Part shown: positions 11,028 through 23,919 of the stretch, piece after piece
How the letters are laid out: each line of letters starts with the position of its first letter
Position numbering within the stretch: the stretch's first letter is position 1
Assembly: GCF_021028975.2 (NCBI RefSeq)
Contig: NC_059430.1
Coordinates: 78,691,930-78,742,000, forward strand
Source of the DNA: Sphaerodactylus townsendi
Lineage: Eukaryota
DNA: 50,071 nt
Reading direction: 5' to 3'
Notes under the pieces: generated by a model
The model's input: only the letters and a program-made list of their open reading frames with translations
Database searches by the model: none
What the model was told of the DNA's origin: nothing
Program-made: the position numbers and the translations under genes

Positions 11028-12104
11028 TTGTAATTTGTTTAGTGCCCATTCCGGGCCGCTCCATGCCTTTTTTTGCTGTTCCAGAGGCATTTCCCAGGAA
11101 AGAGGTAATAAATACACATTCTCTCCATGTTTTTGTTCTAGATTGTAGTTCTGGAGTGAATCTAATGCATGCCACTGTGTTTGGGTTTTTTTGTGTGATC
11201 CCCTAATTTGTTTAATGCCTGTTCTGGGACTTTCCAGCTCATTCCAGCTTTTACCCCGTCCCAGAGAAAATGAAGGGAGTTGGGAAATTGGCCTACATTG
11301 GCCTCCACAGGTTTTAGTAGTAGTCTTCAACCTTTAATGTTGTTGGCAGGGTTGCTACCAGGCCATGCCTGGGAACCAGTGAGAGTACTGGGGTAGCAAT
11401 AGGGAGGACCATCATCATCTGCACTGGAATGGCTTTTACTCACTGAGGTCCCTTCCCCCAAACCCCACTTTTCTCAGGGCACATTCCCCCAAATCTCCAG
11501 GAATTTTCCACACCGGAGTTGGCAGCCCTTCAAACCCCAGTCTGGCATCTGCTCAATTATACCACATTGGCTCTTTCCACTCCCTCCATGCTTCCTTAAT
11601 AGTCTCCATTCACAATCATTACCCAGACAGGTGCTATATTAGGTACATTGTAGTTTGACTCTTGAAGAAACATTTGATTGAACATTCTTCAGATCATATC
11701 CCCATATCCTATGCATTTTAATCCAGAAGCAATCCCTTTGCCATTTTGCGGTTAGGAAATTCTGGGATATTTTATAATCCAAATATTGTCTTGCAAAACC
11801 ATCAAATAATTTAAAGTGTGTTCTGTATGTAACAGTGCTTTCTTCCATATTTTGCTATTGACATCTGCTTACTTTCCATTAGAAAGATTTGTGCTCTCTG
11901 TGTATCAGGTGCAAATGGGGATTGAAAATATTTCCACTCAGCATGAAGGAAATAGAACTGCAAGGTGTTTTTTTTTGCATTTTCCAAAATTAAACAAAAA
12001 CACAGTCTTGTTCCCAATAAATGTGTAGTATGGCTTCATTCAGTAGTGATTTGCAGAATCCACTGGGCACATTAGGTTCACAAATAGTACTGAATTATTG
12101 CCTG

Positions 12105-12270
12105 GGAAAGGTCCTTAGCCCAGTGGCAGAGTATTTTCTTTGGAAGCAGGTCTCAAATGCAGTCCCTCACATGTCATGGTGATCCCATAGGCTTCTGCCA
12201 GTCAGAGAAGACAGCATGGAACCTGATAGAGTAGATCAATGGGCTGACACAGTATATTGCATCTTTATGT
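12105..12270 (+). mobile_element. Decayed tRNA-derived SINE (family also at 15590, 21460, 35130)
   Basis: tRNA-like head followed by the shared body CTGCCAGTCAGAG.AGACA...CTGA. Confidence 0.55.
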
Positions 12271-12584
12271 GCTTAATTACAAGTAAGGCTCCTTGATCAC
12301 TTACAAGGGAAGGGAAATACCAATGTGCACAATACCATAGTCCCACTCTTTTCAGTGGATCCACTTTTTTTACACAGTCTTGCCTCTATTTTGATACTTT
12401 CTTTATTTGCTCCGTTGCCTACCTGCTGACTCTGGTTGATTCCCCATGGGGAAATTCTATCTAGATCAAACCAAGTTTGTAAAGAAACCACACCTTTTAA
12501 TCGGGGTTTCAACCTCCCCACCGCAGCATGTATTCAGCGAAGACACATAGGCCTGTCTCAGATTCCAGAAATGTAGCAGTCCCA

Positions 12585-12920
12585 AACACCACGCAATCTC
12601 CTTTGCGGGTCTCTCCTGATTGACTGGCGTGCTGTGTTGGGGCGGGACCTTTTTAGGGCGGGAACCTGAGGTTCACTCGTTTGCAAGGATAAACGTTTGG
12701 GCGTTTATGTGGGTTTTCGCTCATTTGCAAGGATAAATGTTTAAGCGTTTGGGCGTTTAAGCGAGTTTTCGCTCATTTGAAAGGGTGAATAGTTAGTCGT
12801 GTAAGCTGTTTTTCGTTATGCTAACTGAAACCTGGAAGAGGCTGTGTGTGCATCGCACAGCGCCTGCAGAGAGCTGATTGGTTGCTAGACGTTCCACGGT
12901 GGGAATTTTAAACACGGATT
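12585..12920 (+). promoter_or_regulatory. Candidate MLC1 promoter
   Basis: Second CpG-enriched patch with two GGGCGG boxes (~12639, ~12656), CTGATTGG (CCAAT) ~12873 and GTTGCTAG half X-box ~12881, upstream of the MLC1 exons. TSS not determinable. Confidence 0.5.
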
Positions 12921-13554
12921 GGAGCCCTGTTCCTCCTCATGAAACTAGATCGAAAGCGTGCTAAGGAGAAAAGTTGTACATGAAAGCAGGTTCTGCCAGG
13001 ACATGGGATAAGGGGGAGAACGCGCGCCAGAAACGGGATGAATCTCTGTTCATTGCTCAAGCAGTAGGGAGTTTTTCCTGAAACCTGGTTATTTTGTGTG
13101 AGTATCATGCGATTAATTGACCGTGGGGAATCGACCCCTGTGTTTGTTTTCCCCCTTACCATATCTCTTTATTGTTGATTGCCATTTTCGCCCATCCCTC
13201 CTGTTTCCTAATTGTCTCCACCTCCTCTCTCTTCTATTGTCTCCACCTCCATTTTGCCCTCCCCACCTATCTCCTTGCTGTCATTTTCCATTTCCCTAAC
13301 CACATTTTCTGTTTTCCTACTTATCTTCCTCTGTCCATCCCATGCACCTTACTGTTTTCATTCCTGGTTTTGAAAAGCTATTCATATTTTTTTTCTGCAA
13401 GATTGGGAACTCCTGTGAGTTCCAGATAAGTAGGAAAACTAGGTAGTCTCACTTGCATTTTTTTTAAAAAAATCAAGGCTGCCCTCATGGCTATTAGTTA
13501 TAAAGATTTTTCAAATGTCTTGCTTTGGGTTTTTTGGGGTGGTATGTAGGAGAG

Positions 13555-13700
13555 ATGGGGGGGTTGCCATTCAGTTGCAGCCAACTCATAGTGATTCCAT
13601 AGAGTTTTCAAGGCAAGAGACATTCAGAGATGGTTTGCCATCACCTGCCTCTGGTATTCTTTGGTAGTCTCCCTTCCAAAAAATAACCAGGGCCAATACC
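13555..13700 (-). mobile_element. Short RTE/Bov-B-tail-related retroposon fragment
   Basis: TTTTCAAGGCAAGAGACATTCAGAGATGGTTTGCCAT; related copy at ~24857-25010. Confidence 0.55.
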
Positions 13701-14813
13701 CAGTGCAAAAACATGGCATGTTAATATATTTAATTTGTTTTCCATGCTAGGTATTTAGAAATTATCCCAAGATTCAGAAACAATGTAATTTAATTACTGA
13801 CAGAATTTATAACAGATGCAGAAGATTCAGGAATTCGAGCAATTTGTTTCAAGGAATGAGAATGGATTTAATTACATGGGGCCATTTTCATTGAGCAATA
13901 TGCCCATTTAGTACTTGATGACACGTTAAATTCTTCAAAACTAAAACTATTGGGTTTTTTTAATTGTTGCTTATATCTCTTTGATACCATGAAAAATGAG
14001 AACATCCTATATTTGTTTCCCTAATACTAGGGATTTTCTTCATGCTTGACTTTTCTTGGCAGTCACACAAGCACTGGAATCTGTTTAGGCATGGCTGTTC
14101 AGCACATCCGCCCTCCCTCTGAATTTTCATAGTTTTAGAGTCAGTTCATTTTCTTCTGAAGGTGCATTAAATAATCATGGTTTTCAAGAGAAGTGCTGTC
14201 ATCATTGGTGGTATCATTGCTGGCCTCACAGCACGCTCTTTTTCTTTACTGAATGTGCATATATCAATATGTCAATATCATAGTTTTTTTAAAAAGGCAC
14301 TATGAGTCCAATCCAGATGGGAGGGGCTGAATGCTCAGAGGGAGTGGTGGAGGGCTGCGCCAATGCATTTGCCTCCTCTGCCAGGACAAGGGGCCCCTAG
14401 AAAATCTACATGCAAAGTTGCTTTTTCAGTGTAGTCTGCTGGAGTTGTTTCTTTCCCAGAAATAAAACATACTCAGGAGTCCAATTTGGACAGACTTCTG
14501 AGTAGACTTGCTTGCTCTCAGGCTTGCTCTCAGTCTTAGTTTTTTGCTTGGATCACACATGTTTTATTACACTTTGGAATGTCATGATTTATAATTGTAG
14601 TAAATTGTGCACTAAGTATTCTAATCATTAATAGGGTAAAATCTTTGTCATGTTAAAACAGTTGCTTCTCTTGAGAGAATGACAGAACCAGCCTTGTTAG
14701 AATATGGTACAGAACTTTTCCAGTGTGTTCTCTTCATTAAAATTCAGTTGGCATTTCCCTGTCCCCTGGCTTCACTGAGGTTTTTGCTTTGCTTTTGTTC
14801 CACATATGAATAG

Positions 14814-14949
14814 ATCTTGTTGAAAGCCAAAGTGGATGACCAAACTTTTCAAAGAGAGCATGAATCACTAAACAGTGAGACTAACGAAGTGTGTAGACAG
14901 CTCTACCCACAAAACTATTTGAAGCACACTATTACATAGTAAATTTAAG
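14814..14949 (+). other. MLC1: Probable non-coding 5' UTR exon of MLC1
   Basis: Pyrimidine tract then aatag| at 14813 and a consensus donor AAG|gtaagt at 14950. The first coding exon has an acceptor 1 nt before the ATG, so an upstream UTR exon is needed. The 5' boundary is uncertain. Confidence 0.55.
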
Positions 14950-15589
14950 GTAAGTACAAAATATTTGTACTGCTAATAAATATGTGGTCATGCTATAGTC
15001 ATTTGTCTGCTCTTATGAAGGAGTAGTTCAATGCGGTGGGGAAACAAAATTTAAAATGGTGAGCTGTATTTGAAAAACAGTTTTGCCAGATAGAAACATC
15101 TGCTGCAATTGAAACATTTTAATCCCTTACCACTTTTTGCTAATTATTGCTAAATGAAAGTTAGGACCCTGTGTGTGAAAAAATAGTTCTTCATTTCTTG
15201 GTAAAGTGAAAAGTTGCTGAGAAGTAGTTTAGAAATATAGAATGAGTCTCATATTTTAACAGAGGCCACTTATATAAAATGTTTTCTGTACTTGTTTATT
15301 TGGTTCCATTCTGTGGCTGCCAACTATGCTTGGAAAACTTGCTCAATTGATTGAAAAGATATCTTCCAACATTACTGACTGTGTTTACTCAATAATTTAT
15401 ACCTAACTTCTAAACACATTTATCTGGAAGTCTGTGTGTCTCATTTTGAAGAAACTTGTATATTTCTAGAAAATAGATATATGAAGTATATTTGGGTCCA
15501 TATCAGTCTTAAGCGCAAGGACAGTATTGAAATGTATAGGACAGCTTCTGTTTAATCTTTTTAGGGGCAGGACATAAACTGTATAATTC

Positions 15590-15800
15590 ACAGAGAGTTG
15601 TGGCACAGTAGTAGGATGTCTGCTTGGTGTGTAAAGGGTCCCAGGTTCAGCCCATGGCATCTCTAATAAAAGGTATCAGGTAGTAACTGATAATGTGAAA
15701 AACCTCCATTTAAGACCCCAGAGAGCCACTGCCAATCACTCAAAGCAAACAATACTGACCTTGCTTGACCAACAGCATGAGTCACTAATTCAATATGAAG
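15590..15800 (+). mobile_element. tRNA-derived SINE
   Basis: Head TGGCACAGTAGTAGG...GGTCCCAGGTTCAGCCC (A/B box-like); body shared with the 21460 and 35130 copies. Confidence 0.7.
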
Positions 15801-15911
15801 TCTCATATTCATATGAATGAAGAATTTATTTTCTCAGAAAGCAAGGTAAAATATAGTTTGACCCCTCCAAATCCACTCAAATTAAATTACTGTTTGTTTT
15901 CTCTTTAAAGT

Positions 15912-16091
15912 ATGACCAAGGAAGAAGCTTATAGGGAAGAATTTAGTTATGACAGGATGCCAACATTGGAACGTGGAAAACAAGAAAATGGAAATTATGC
16001 TTCAGATATGAAATCTAGTGATCTTCAACTATCAAAGAGATTTCATCCTTGTTTCAGTTATAAAACTTGGATCTACTCTTTACTGATGGGG
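15912..16091 (+). CDS. MLC1: MLC1 coding exon 1
   Basis: [22 protein letters not shown]...[25 protein letters not shown]|gtaagt matches the human MLC1 N-terminus. Acceptor ag at 15909-15910. Confidence 0.98.
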
Positions 16092-17786
16092 GTAAGTACT
16101 GTAAGTTATTCTGATCCCCTCAGTTACAGCTGTGTAAGATAATGGCATATACATCATAACCAGTTTTACTAAACAATTTGGAATTAAGGGATACTTAAAA
16201 TAACTGACTTGTTATTTTGTTTTTAAAATTATTGAACCATGAATTTGGTGCCATGCCATCTTCTCTCCAGTTAGTGAAGATAAGCCACAACAATAATTTT
16301 AGTATACAATATTACAATAATATATAATCATATAAATAATAGTTACCTTTTTATGGGTTTGTTTTGTAAGTACAAGAAAATCCGAAGGAGTACTTTGTAT
16401 TAGACAGCAAATTTTTTAAAGCTAAGTAAGATGAAAATCTTATTAATTTATTTATTAAGATTTGTAGTTGCCTTGACAACAACAATCAGTAAAACATAAG
16501 GTTATTGTTCTCAGAGGCATCCTCAAGCCTTTCCAGTTTAGCTTATCTCAAACAGGTAAGTTTTATTATGCTTCCTAAAGATTCTCAGGCTGGGTGTATG
16601 ATAGTACTCTATGTATAATTTAGTATGTTCCATTTCTGGGGAATGTCAGTCCAATCCCAAGCTGTTGGGTGAATGGGGATGGCGCCTCTCTGGTGCCCCC
16701 CAGCCCCCTCCAAAGGGCTTTCCCATGTCATGGGAAGCCTGAAAAGTTAACAGACTTCAAGAATCTCCCATAGGGGAAAGTGGAGATGTGCCACAAAAAT
16801 CATGGTGTATCTCCAAGGCTGGCTTTGCTGACATACAGGGGCTGGGCAGGCAGTGGAAATTGACTAAGCTAGACTCCATCCCTTGTCCTGCCCTGGAATG
16901 CCCCTGGCCACACCATGCAGCTTTTTGCTCCAGTGGGCTTGAGAATGAGCTGTTGCTTCTGGGCTGGGCATCTCAGAGCTGTGAGGTGTCTGACCCCCAG
17001 GTAAATTGCCCCTCTGCTGGTGCATTTGCTCCTTGCGCTTGCAGAATGGACATTCACACCAGTACAGGGCCGCACTGGCTCCAGATGGAGATTCGGGGCC
17101 CCCTCTGGATTGGACTGCCCAATGTGCTTAATGAGGATGAAGAAAATTAGCTCTTGTAATTCATTTGGAAAATACTCCCACATAGCAAATATAGCCATCA
17201 TAATTTAAAGAAAGTCATACTTATTAGCAGGTGCTCCAATTGCTGTAGTTCTTTTTACACTGCCATCATATGTAAAATTCTTGGTAGTTGTAGCAGTCAC
17301 TGAGGCTGTAGGAGTTTTTCATTTAATCAGCAGCTGAAATGTTCTTTCGAATGCACAACTGCGTAATCATAAAGTGCAAACAAGCTGTGTGCCTTTGGTG
17401 AGATGTTTTAAATGTTTTGTCAGCATACCTGCCAAAGTAAAAATTATTTCTTTAGTTTCATTTTAGTTCTTCGGTGAGGTTTTTTTTTTAATTCAGTGTC
17501 ACAACTGAAAAAAAATTGTTGTTGAATTCTTGCTATCAAGGATGCTGGTACAGTCCTGCAGTGGTCATCTGTCAGCAGAACTGAGGCATAGGTCCCTATT
17601 CTGGTGTGGTAGTGGGTGGTTCTGGAGGCATGTCTGAAGTTACTCAGCTCCCTAAGCCCTTCCAGGTCTGGCTTGCCGCCTGTTGAAGGTGGAAAGTTAC
17701 ACTAACAAAAAATGTGGCAAATCATACTCTGACATAGAAACTTGCTTGGTACAGTCACATACTTTCAGCCTCAATCCTGGCAAGTA

Positions 17787-18037
17787 CAGTGGAACCTCAG
17801 TTTTAGTTGTTGTTGGTTTTGGTTTTTGTCGATTCTTTCCCCGAAAATTTTGTCTTGGCTTTCAACGTTTGCTTCGGTTTTCGTCGGATTTTGTTGGCGT
17901 GTGTACGCTAATTTTGCAACAACAAACGGCGACCCATGCAGTTCCATTGCTTTCCAGTGTTTGCCTTGGTTTTCGTTGGTTTTGGATTTTCCCAAGGTTT
18001 CCCAGACGGATTATTGACGAAAACCGAGGTTCCACTG
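17787..18037. mobile_element. Tc1/mariner (Tigger/pogo-like) MITE
   Basis: TIRs CAGTGGAACCTC.GTTTT / AAAACCGAGGTTCCACTG with TA on both sides; 251 bp. Confidence 0.88.
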
Positions 18038-18167
18038 TATTTGGATGAGAGATCTCCAAGGAATACCAGAGGCGTGACTCAGAAGCAGGCAATGATAAAT
18101 CACCTCAGAATTGCTCTTGCCTTGACATCTTGTGGGGGTTGCTGCAAGTCATTTGAGACTTAACAGC

Positions 18168-18168
<1 letters not shown>

Positions 18169-18240
<72 letters not shown>
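18169..18240. repeat. (AC)36 microsatellite
   Basis: Perfect dinucleotide run. Confidence 0.98.
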
Positions 18241-18243
<3 letters not shown>

Positions 18244-18988
18244 AAAGTCTCTCGATTTTTCCTTCCACTTTCAGGGAGGTTGTTAATGTGTTCCTTGGAG
18301 AAAGCCTAAAAAATTAGAAAACAGGAGGCAGCCTTGAGAGACTCTGCCTTCAGCGTCCCTAGAGTTCCTTCTGCTGATTGGCCATCCCCTGTATTCTTCT
18401 GCGTGCTGTGGCTGAGGATGACATATGCTCCTGCAATTGCATTTGGCTGCATTTGTCAGTTTCAAAATTTGCAGCTCCTTTTCACCTCTACACTTCTACC
18501 TGCCTTCTGTCTAAGTGGTTGCCAAGCTGAGGAGTCATTAATTGAGAGAGGGGAAGAGCACAAAAAGCAGCTCTCCTAGCATGGGGTTCTGGTGTGCTAA
18601 TGGGCTGCACAGGTGGATGGAACAGCAAAATCTGTTTTGCTGCGAAATAGAAAGTGTGTGAAGGAACGAGCATTAAAGGAAAGAGAGAATGTCAAGGCTC
18701 AGGCATGCTTTCAGCCATGGATTGACATTATGTTGAAAGCCTTTAATTGATATCTATATTGCCCTGGCTAAGCATGAATAATTTCCAAGTTATTCTTTTT
18801 ATATTGTATTGCATAATAGCTCTAGAATTTACAAATAACAAAACATGTTGTTTTGACCTTTAAATCATTTGATACTTGATTTCAGTATCACTAGTACAAA
18901 GAAATTATTCAGGGTGCAGTAAATTATATTCTGAGAGAAGCTCACTTTTCTCTATAGTACTGATTAATGTCAAATTATTGCATTTCAG

Positions 18989-19078
18989 ACCTGCATCCTT
19001 GCTACCTCTGGATTTTCACTTTATTTGGGGAATGTTTTTCCATCTGAAATGGATTACTTACGCTGCGCAGCAGGTTCA
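18989..19078 (+). CDS. MLC1: MLC1 coding exon 2
   Basis: tttcag|[30 protein letters not shown]|gtaagc, 90 nt. Confidence 0.97.
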
Positions 19079-19704
19079 GTAAGCATACTTTTTTGGTTGT
19101 TACTGTGGCTATATGGAAGTTTCAACTAAATATCAATGTATCTAATTATCAGGGTGGCCCTACTATTGCATACTTAAATTTAGAGATCTGAGACATGAAC
19201 AGACAAGACAGATTTTTTTGCAAACCTGAGAAAAATCTAGGTTTGCAGAAAAAAAGAAATCTAAAAAAACAACGAGGAACCAACCCACTTTAAAATAATC
19301 GATGCAGTCTCTGTATCTTTAAGAAATTAATGCCCTCTGAGACCTCAGTGGTCACTGTGGAGGTTGCCAGGCTACCACAATAATTTTGCCAGTTTTCACA
19401 ATTTTGTTTCTGCAAGTAAAAGGCAGGGGGTAGGGTTACCTGGCCTTCTGCTCCACCCCTGCTCCATCCTATCCTGCCCTGCGGGGGAGGATTCATTGGG
19501 ACCAGGCCTCGTAGCAGCTTGCTACATGCAGTTTGTGCAACTCACCGATGTGAGGTGATGGCTCTAACAACGCCACATAATTTTCTTGGACCAAGGAGTA
19601 GTTTCCACACAACTTGTATAGTTTGCCCTTGGCAGTAGCCACTGTACTACTCACTTGAGCTACGTGCATAACTTTTGCAACTGCCAGGAGAAGAGAAGGT
19701 TGAA

Positions 19705-19905
19705 TGCCTGTGTGCTGTTGTGATTCAAGTGTCAGACTAGGATAGAGGAGAGTCAGGTTCAAATCCTTAATTTGTGAAGGAAGCTTTCTGGGTACCCTTG
19801 GGCAAGTCTCTCTCAGCCTTATCCTCCTAACAGGGAAGATGTGAGGATAGGAGAATGATGTGAGCTTGAGTCCTGATTGGGGACAAAAGCAAAATATAAA
19901 TGAAG
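19705..19905 (+). mobile_element. Old SINE related to the 47418 family
   Basis: B-box GGTTCAAATCC, then CTGGGTACCCTTGGGCAAGTCTCTCTCAGCC. Confidence 0.55.
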
Positions 19906-21315
19906 CAAATAAATAATAAATAAAACTGAAGTGTGGGGTGGAGGTTAGATAGGATGTTGAGTGGGAAGAAAATAAGGAAGCAGGGAGCTGCCAGGAGAAA
20001 GAGGGAAAGAGGAAAAGGTATGGGGAAGATGATGTTCCTACTGACTCCCACTTATTGGTTGACACTCCTACTTATTAGTTTCAGATAAATGGGAAAATCT
20101 CACTCCATAAAATCCATGGTTAGTTGGATATATGCTTATATTTATTCATGATTGAATTTAATTTTTGTTCCTTCAATATGTATGTGAACATACTTCTAAA
20201 GTTTCTAATCCAGCTAAAAGCAGGCCTAACCTAGCTGTTACCTTTTAAACGTTCATCTTTCTTTCCACCACTCCATTTATATTCCCAGTATCCAGATGGA
20301 AGCTTCAGGGAACTCAGATTCCAAGTACTGCAAGGGCCCAATTTAGATCAGGATCACAATGCAGCAGGAAGAGGGTCTTCAGTGTTCCTCACCACACCAA
20401 CTTCCTTACCTGAAATGGCTCTAGAGATGTTATTTGCCCTGTTGGATCAGGATTACAGGGAGAAGGGTCTTCTGACTTCTCTCCACACTATTTCATGACC
20501 CAAAACATCTGTAGAAAGAACTGGTTGCCACACTGGTAGCTTCACACATAGTTTACCAGTACAAATGCAGATCTCCAATTGGGCAAATAAAGCCCCCCAG
20601 GCCATTTCAGTTTAGAAAAATAGCACAGGGAAGGTGGAAGCAGGAGTGCCTTCTCCCTACATGTCATTGTCTTCTTGATCCAAATGTGCTTGAGAACTGA
20701 ATTTCCTATGGGAACCTGCAGCTGGCTCTGATGAAAAGTCTCCATGGCGATCTGTACTTTGTTTTTAGGTCATTAAGAAAAAATGCTTCTTTGGAATTTT
20801 TTTGCATGCTGCCCAAATTTTCCAGTTTCTCCACTTGAAAAAAAAAAGGGGGGGGGAGGCTGGGGGAAATGAGGGGGGAAATGCTGCCTCCTCTTCAAAT
20901 TTTCTGATTTTTGTTCTGAGTTTTTACATTGCTTTTTGTCATAAGATGTGGAGAACTGAAAGGAGATGTCTCAAAAGTAGTTTGGGTCTGTATTATGGGG
21001 GATGTGCTGTTCAAAGGGAAAAATAACAGAACTTTTGTGGCAAGACTGAGCTTTCATATTTACTTAAAGTAGCTCTTTGGATATTGTGCCCTAAGTTAGT
21101 AGCCAAATACACCACAGAAGCCCACTGAACATGTTTAGACTGAAATCTATTTGGCTTAAATCTACCCAGTCAGACTACCCAGTCAGATGTGGGAATTCTG
21201 TACAGGTTCAAATTGAATGTTGCCTATTTCATCATAATTACCATTTTCATAAAGGAATATTTATCTATATTGAAATTCTGGTTTAAATTATAAGTTTCCT
21301 CTTTTTTCCCCCTAG

Positions 21316-21369
21316 TGTATTCCTGCAGCAGTTGTAAGTTTTGCCATAGCCAGAAACAAAGTGAACATG
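21316..21369 (+). CDS. MLC1: MLC1 coding exon 3
   Basis: ccctag|CIPAAVVSFAIARNKVNM|gtaagt, 54 nt. Confidence 0.96.
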
Positions 21370-21459
21370 GTAAGTGTTTTACAGTACTGTCCTAACATTT
21401 TCCTGGGCACAAGTCTCACTGAGTAGAATTCTGAGTAGATCTGTTTAGGATCCTATCTT

Positions 21460-21665
21460 GGGGAGTCTTAGTGGCAGAGCTTGGTATGCAGAAGGTCCAG
21501 GTCCAATTCCTGGTACCTACATCTGAAAGGATCAGGTGGTAGGTGAAATGAAGGACCTCCACCTGGGGTGCTAGAAAGCTGCTAGCTAGCATGAGTGGAC
21601 AGTACTGATCTTGAAGTACCAATATTCTGAAATGATGTGATTTAATATAAGGCAGCTTCATGTGT
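21460..21665 (+). mobile_element. tRNA-derived SINE in the short MLC1 intron
   Basis: AGTGGCAGAGCTTGGTATGCAGAAGGTCCAGG...ATAAGGCAGCTTCATGTG. Confidence 0.7.
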
Positions 21666-21744
21666 TGATGTGTTCATGCTAGATTCATTATTAACATATT
21701 GTTTAATTGAAGTAAAATACTAAATTTTTGAAATTGTTTTACAG

Positions 21745-21846
21745 ATACCAAATTTTCAGATGCTCTTTGTTTCTACATTTGCAATTACGACCACATGTTT
21801 AGTTTGGTTTGGATGCAAACTTGTCTTGAATCCTACAGCAATAAAT
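21745..21846 (+). CDS. MLC1: MLC1 coding exon 4
   Basis: ttacag|[34 protein letters not shown]|gtgagt, 102 nt. Confidence 0.97.
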
Positions 21847-23545
21847 GTGAGTTATAAACAACAACAATCAATATTACCTTTATTGTGCAACCCTAATCAT
21901 AGCTACAGACTTCTAAGCTGGTTGACGTGTTACCCAAAGTAGGCTGTCTCCACTTGTATTTTGGAAATTAGTTATTGGAAATAGACCTTAGCAGGTATGT
22001 GTAATTTGAGATCTATAACCTATGTTTATGGGGATAATCGTGACTCTCAATAGAGCAGACTGTTGTAAAATTAACAATTGAGTTTTATTAATGAAATAGT
22101 GAAAAACAAAGAATATATTTTGTAGCACTGAACATGCATGCACAAGGCATACCAGAGATAACTAAGAGAGAAAGGATGTTGGATACAGTTTCAGGTAGGG
22201 ATGATAGTTATCAGTCTTGCAGATGAAGGGTCCAATGAAAACAGTAGGGGAAAGGGAAGAGGGAAAAGGAGCCCACACAATTACAGGGATGTGCTCAGGG
22301 ATCTAAGGCACACGCACCTATGAATGGCCACAGGACTAAGATTTATAGTCAGAAATGGGTTCTGAGGAAGATGGTATTGTCTCTTAAACATGTACACATT
22401 AAGCAGCTTCATTAAGCTTAGATTGTGATTTTTTCCTAAATAGAATGTTTTCTGTTCTTGGGGATATACACACACCCCATTTGATTTCACAGTGCTAGAT
22501 TACACATTAATTGATAATTTGTAGATAAATGCAAGATATCACTGAAAAAGCATTGTACCTAACTCCTGACTATGTGAAAAAGTGCTGACTGTGATACCAT
22601 ATCTGTGTGAATGAACCAACTGATCTTGCAGTCATGAAGTATGTGACCCAGATGCTGATTCATATTCTGCTGAGGTACTGTGTGTGACCCAAAATAGTTT
22701 AATATCCTTTCACTACATAAAAACATAGAATGAAATAATTTGGGCTATCTCTGTGTTTTGACTTTAAAGAGACATTCTGGGAAATATGGTTATCTGCATT
22801 TTAAAATGTTGATACAGTTCCGGACATTTCCATTTCATGTTCCATATCTGTGTCAACTATAGTTCCATTTCCACACTAAATTAATGTTCTTTCTTAGGGA
22901 AAAATATCACTTTCAGTGCAATCTCAAGAATGCCTTCCTGGAAGTAAGTCCCACTTCTGATATAGTTATTTATTCCAGTCTCAAGTACAATGCATTACAG
23001 TAATCTATTCTAAAGGTTACCAGAACATTCACACCAGTTGCAAGATCTTTCCTGGCCAGGAAGGGCTGCAGCTAACTCATAAACCAAAACTGGTGAAAAG
23101 CACCCCTGGCCACTAGTGCCATGTGTTCATCCAACTGGAAGGTCTAATCTAACAGCACTCCCAGGCTACAAACCTCATTCAGAACAAGAGATATCCCAAT
23201 TTCTGGGTCAAACCTCCCCTGCCCTGCCAATCTGTTAGCCTTCATCCATCTTAAAAGTGCCCCTGTATACCTGTTTTTGCAGATCCCTGGGATCTGCCAG
23301 AAGCTTGAGATAGATATTGGTATTATACTCTTATTGGTGGCAACTCAGCCCAACTCCCTAGATGACCTCTCCCAATGGCTTTACATAGATTTTGAAGAGC
23401 ATGGTGAACAATATGGAACTTTATAGACCTAAGATCAGGGGGTGGAGGAACACCCCCCCCCCCCCGGATCACACTGTTGAGATAGGACTGAAACCAACAA
23501 AGGACAGGGTCTCCCAGTTCTAATTCCAAAAGATGGTCCAGGATA

Positions 23546-23795
23546 CAGTGGAACCTCGGTTTTCGCCGTTAATCCGTCCGGCGACGGGCAGCGAAAGCCG
23601 AAAATGGCACACTCTGAGGTACGCCGTTTACGCAAGCGCAACGCAAATGGCACACCAGATATATCCAAAAGTTGCCTCAGAAGCCGACAGAAGCCGAGGC
23701 GACCCCCAATCTCCGAGGCGACCAAACAGCTGGGGGCGACCAGCGAAGACTGAAACCGTTGATCTCCGAGGGCAATGAAGACCAAGGTTTGACTG
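23546..23795. mobile_element. Tigger/pogo-like MITE nested in L2
   Basis: TA|CAGTGGAACCTCGGTTTTCG ... CCAAGGTTTGACTG|TA; 250 bp. Related to 17787-18037, in opposite orientation. Confidence 0.85.
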
Positions 23796-23919
23796 TACCT
23801 TGATAGATGACATCAAATTTGCTGAGAGGTCCTGGCAAAAAACTAGGATAGCATTCCCCCCGTTAATCTCTTGACACAGGTCATTCACCAGGGTGACTAA
23901 GACTGTTTTGGTCTGAGTG

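Noticed and set aside
10673-11330. Cluster of overlapping Pro/Arg/Gly-rich ORFs on both strands
   Set aside because: Stop-codon scarcity in a GC-rich repeat; no recognisable domain.
19493-20065. 190-aa minus-strand ORF
   Set aside because: Low-complexity Phe/Ser-rich translation of a purine tract and a SINE, antisense within an MLC1 intron.
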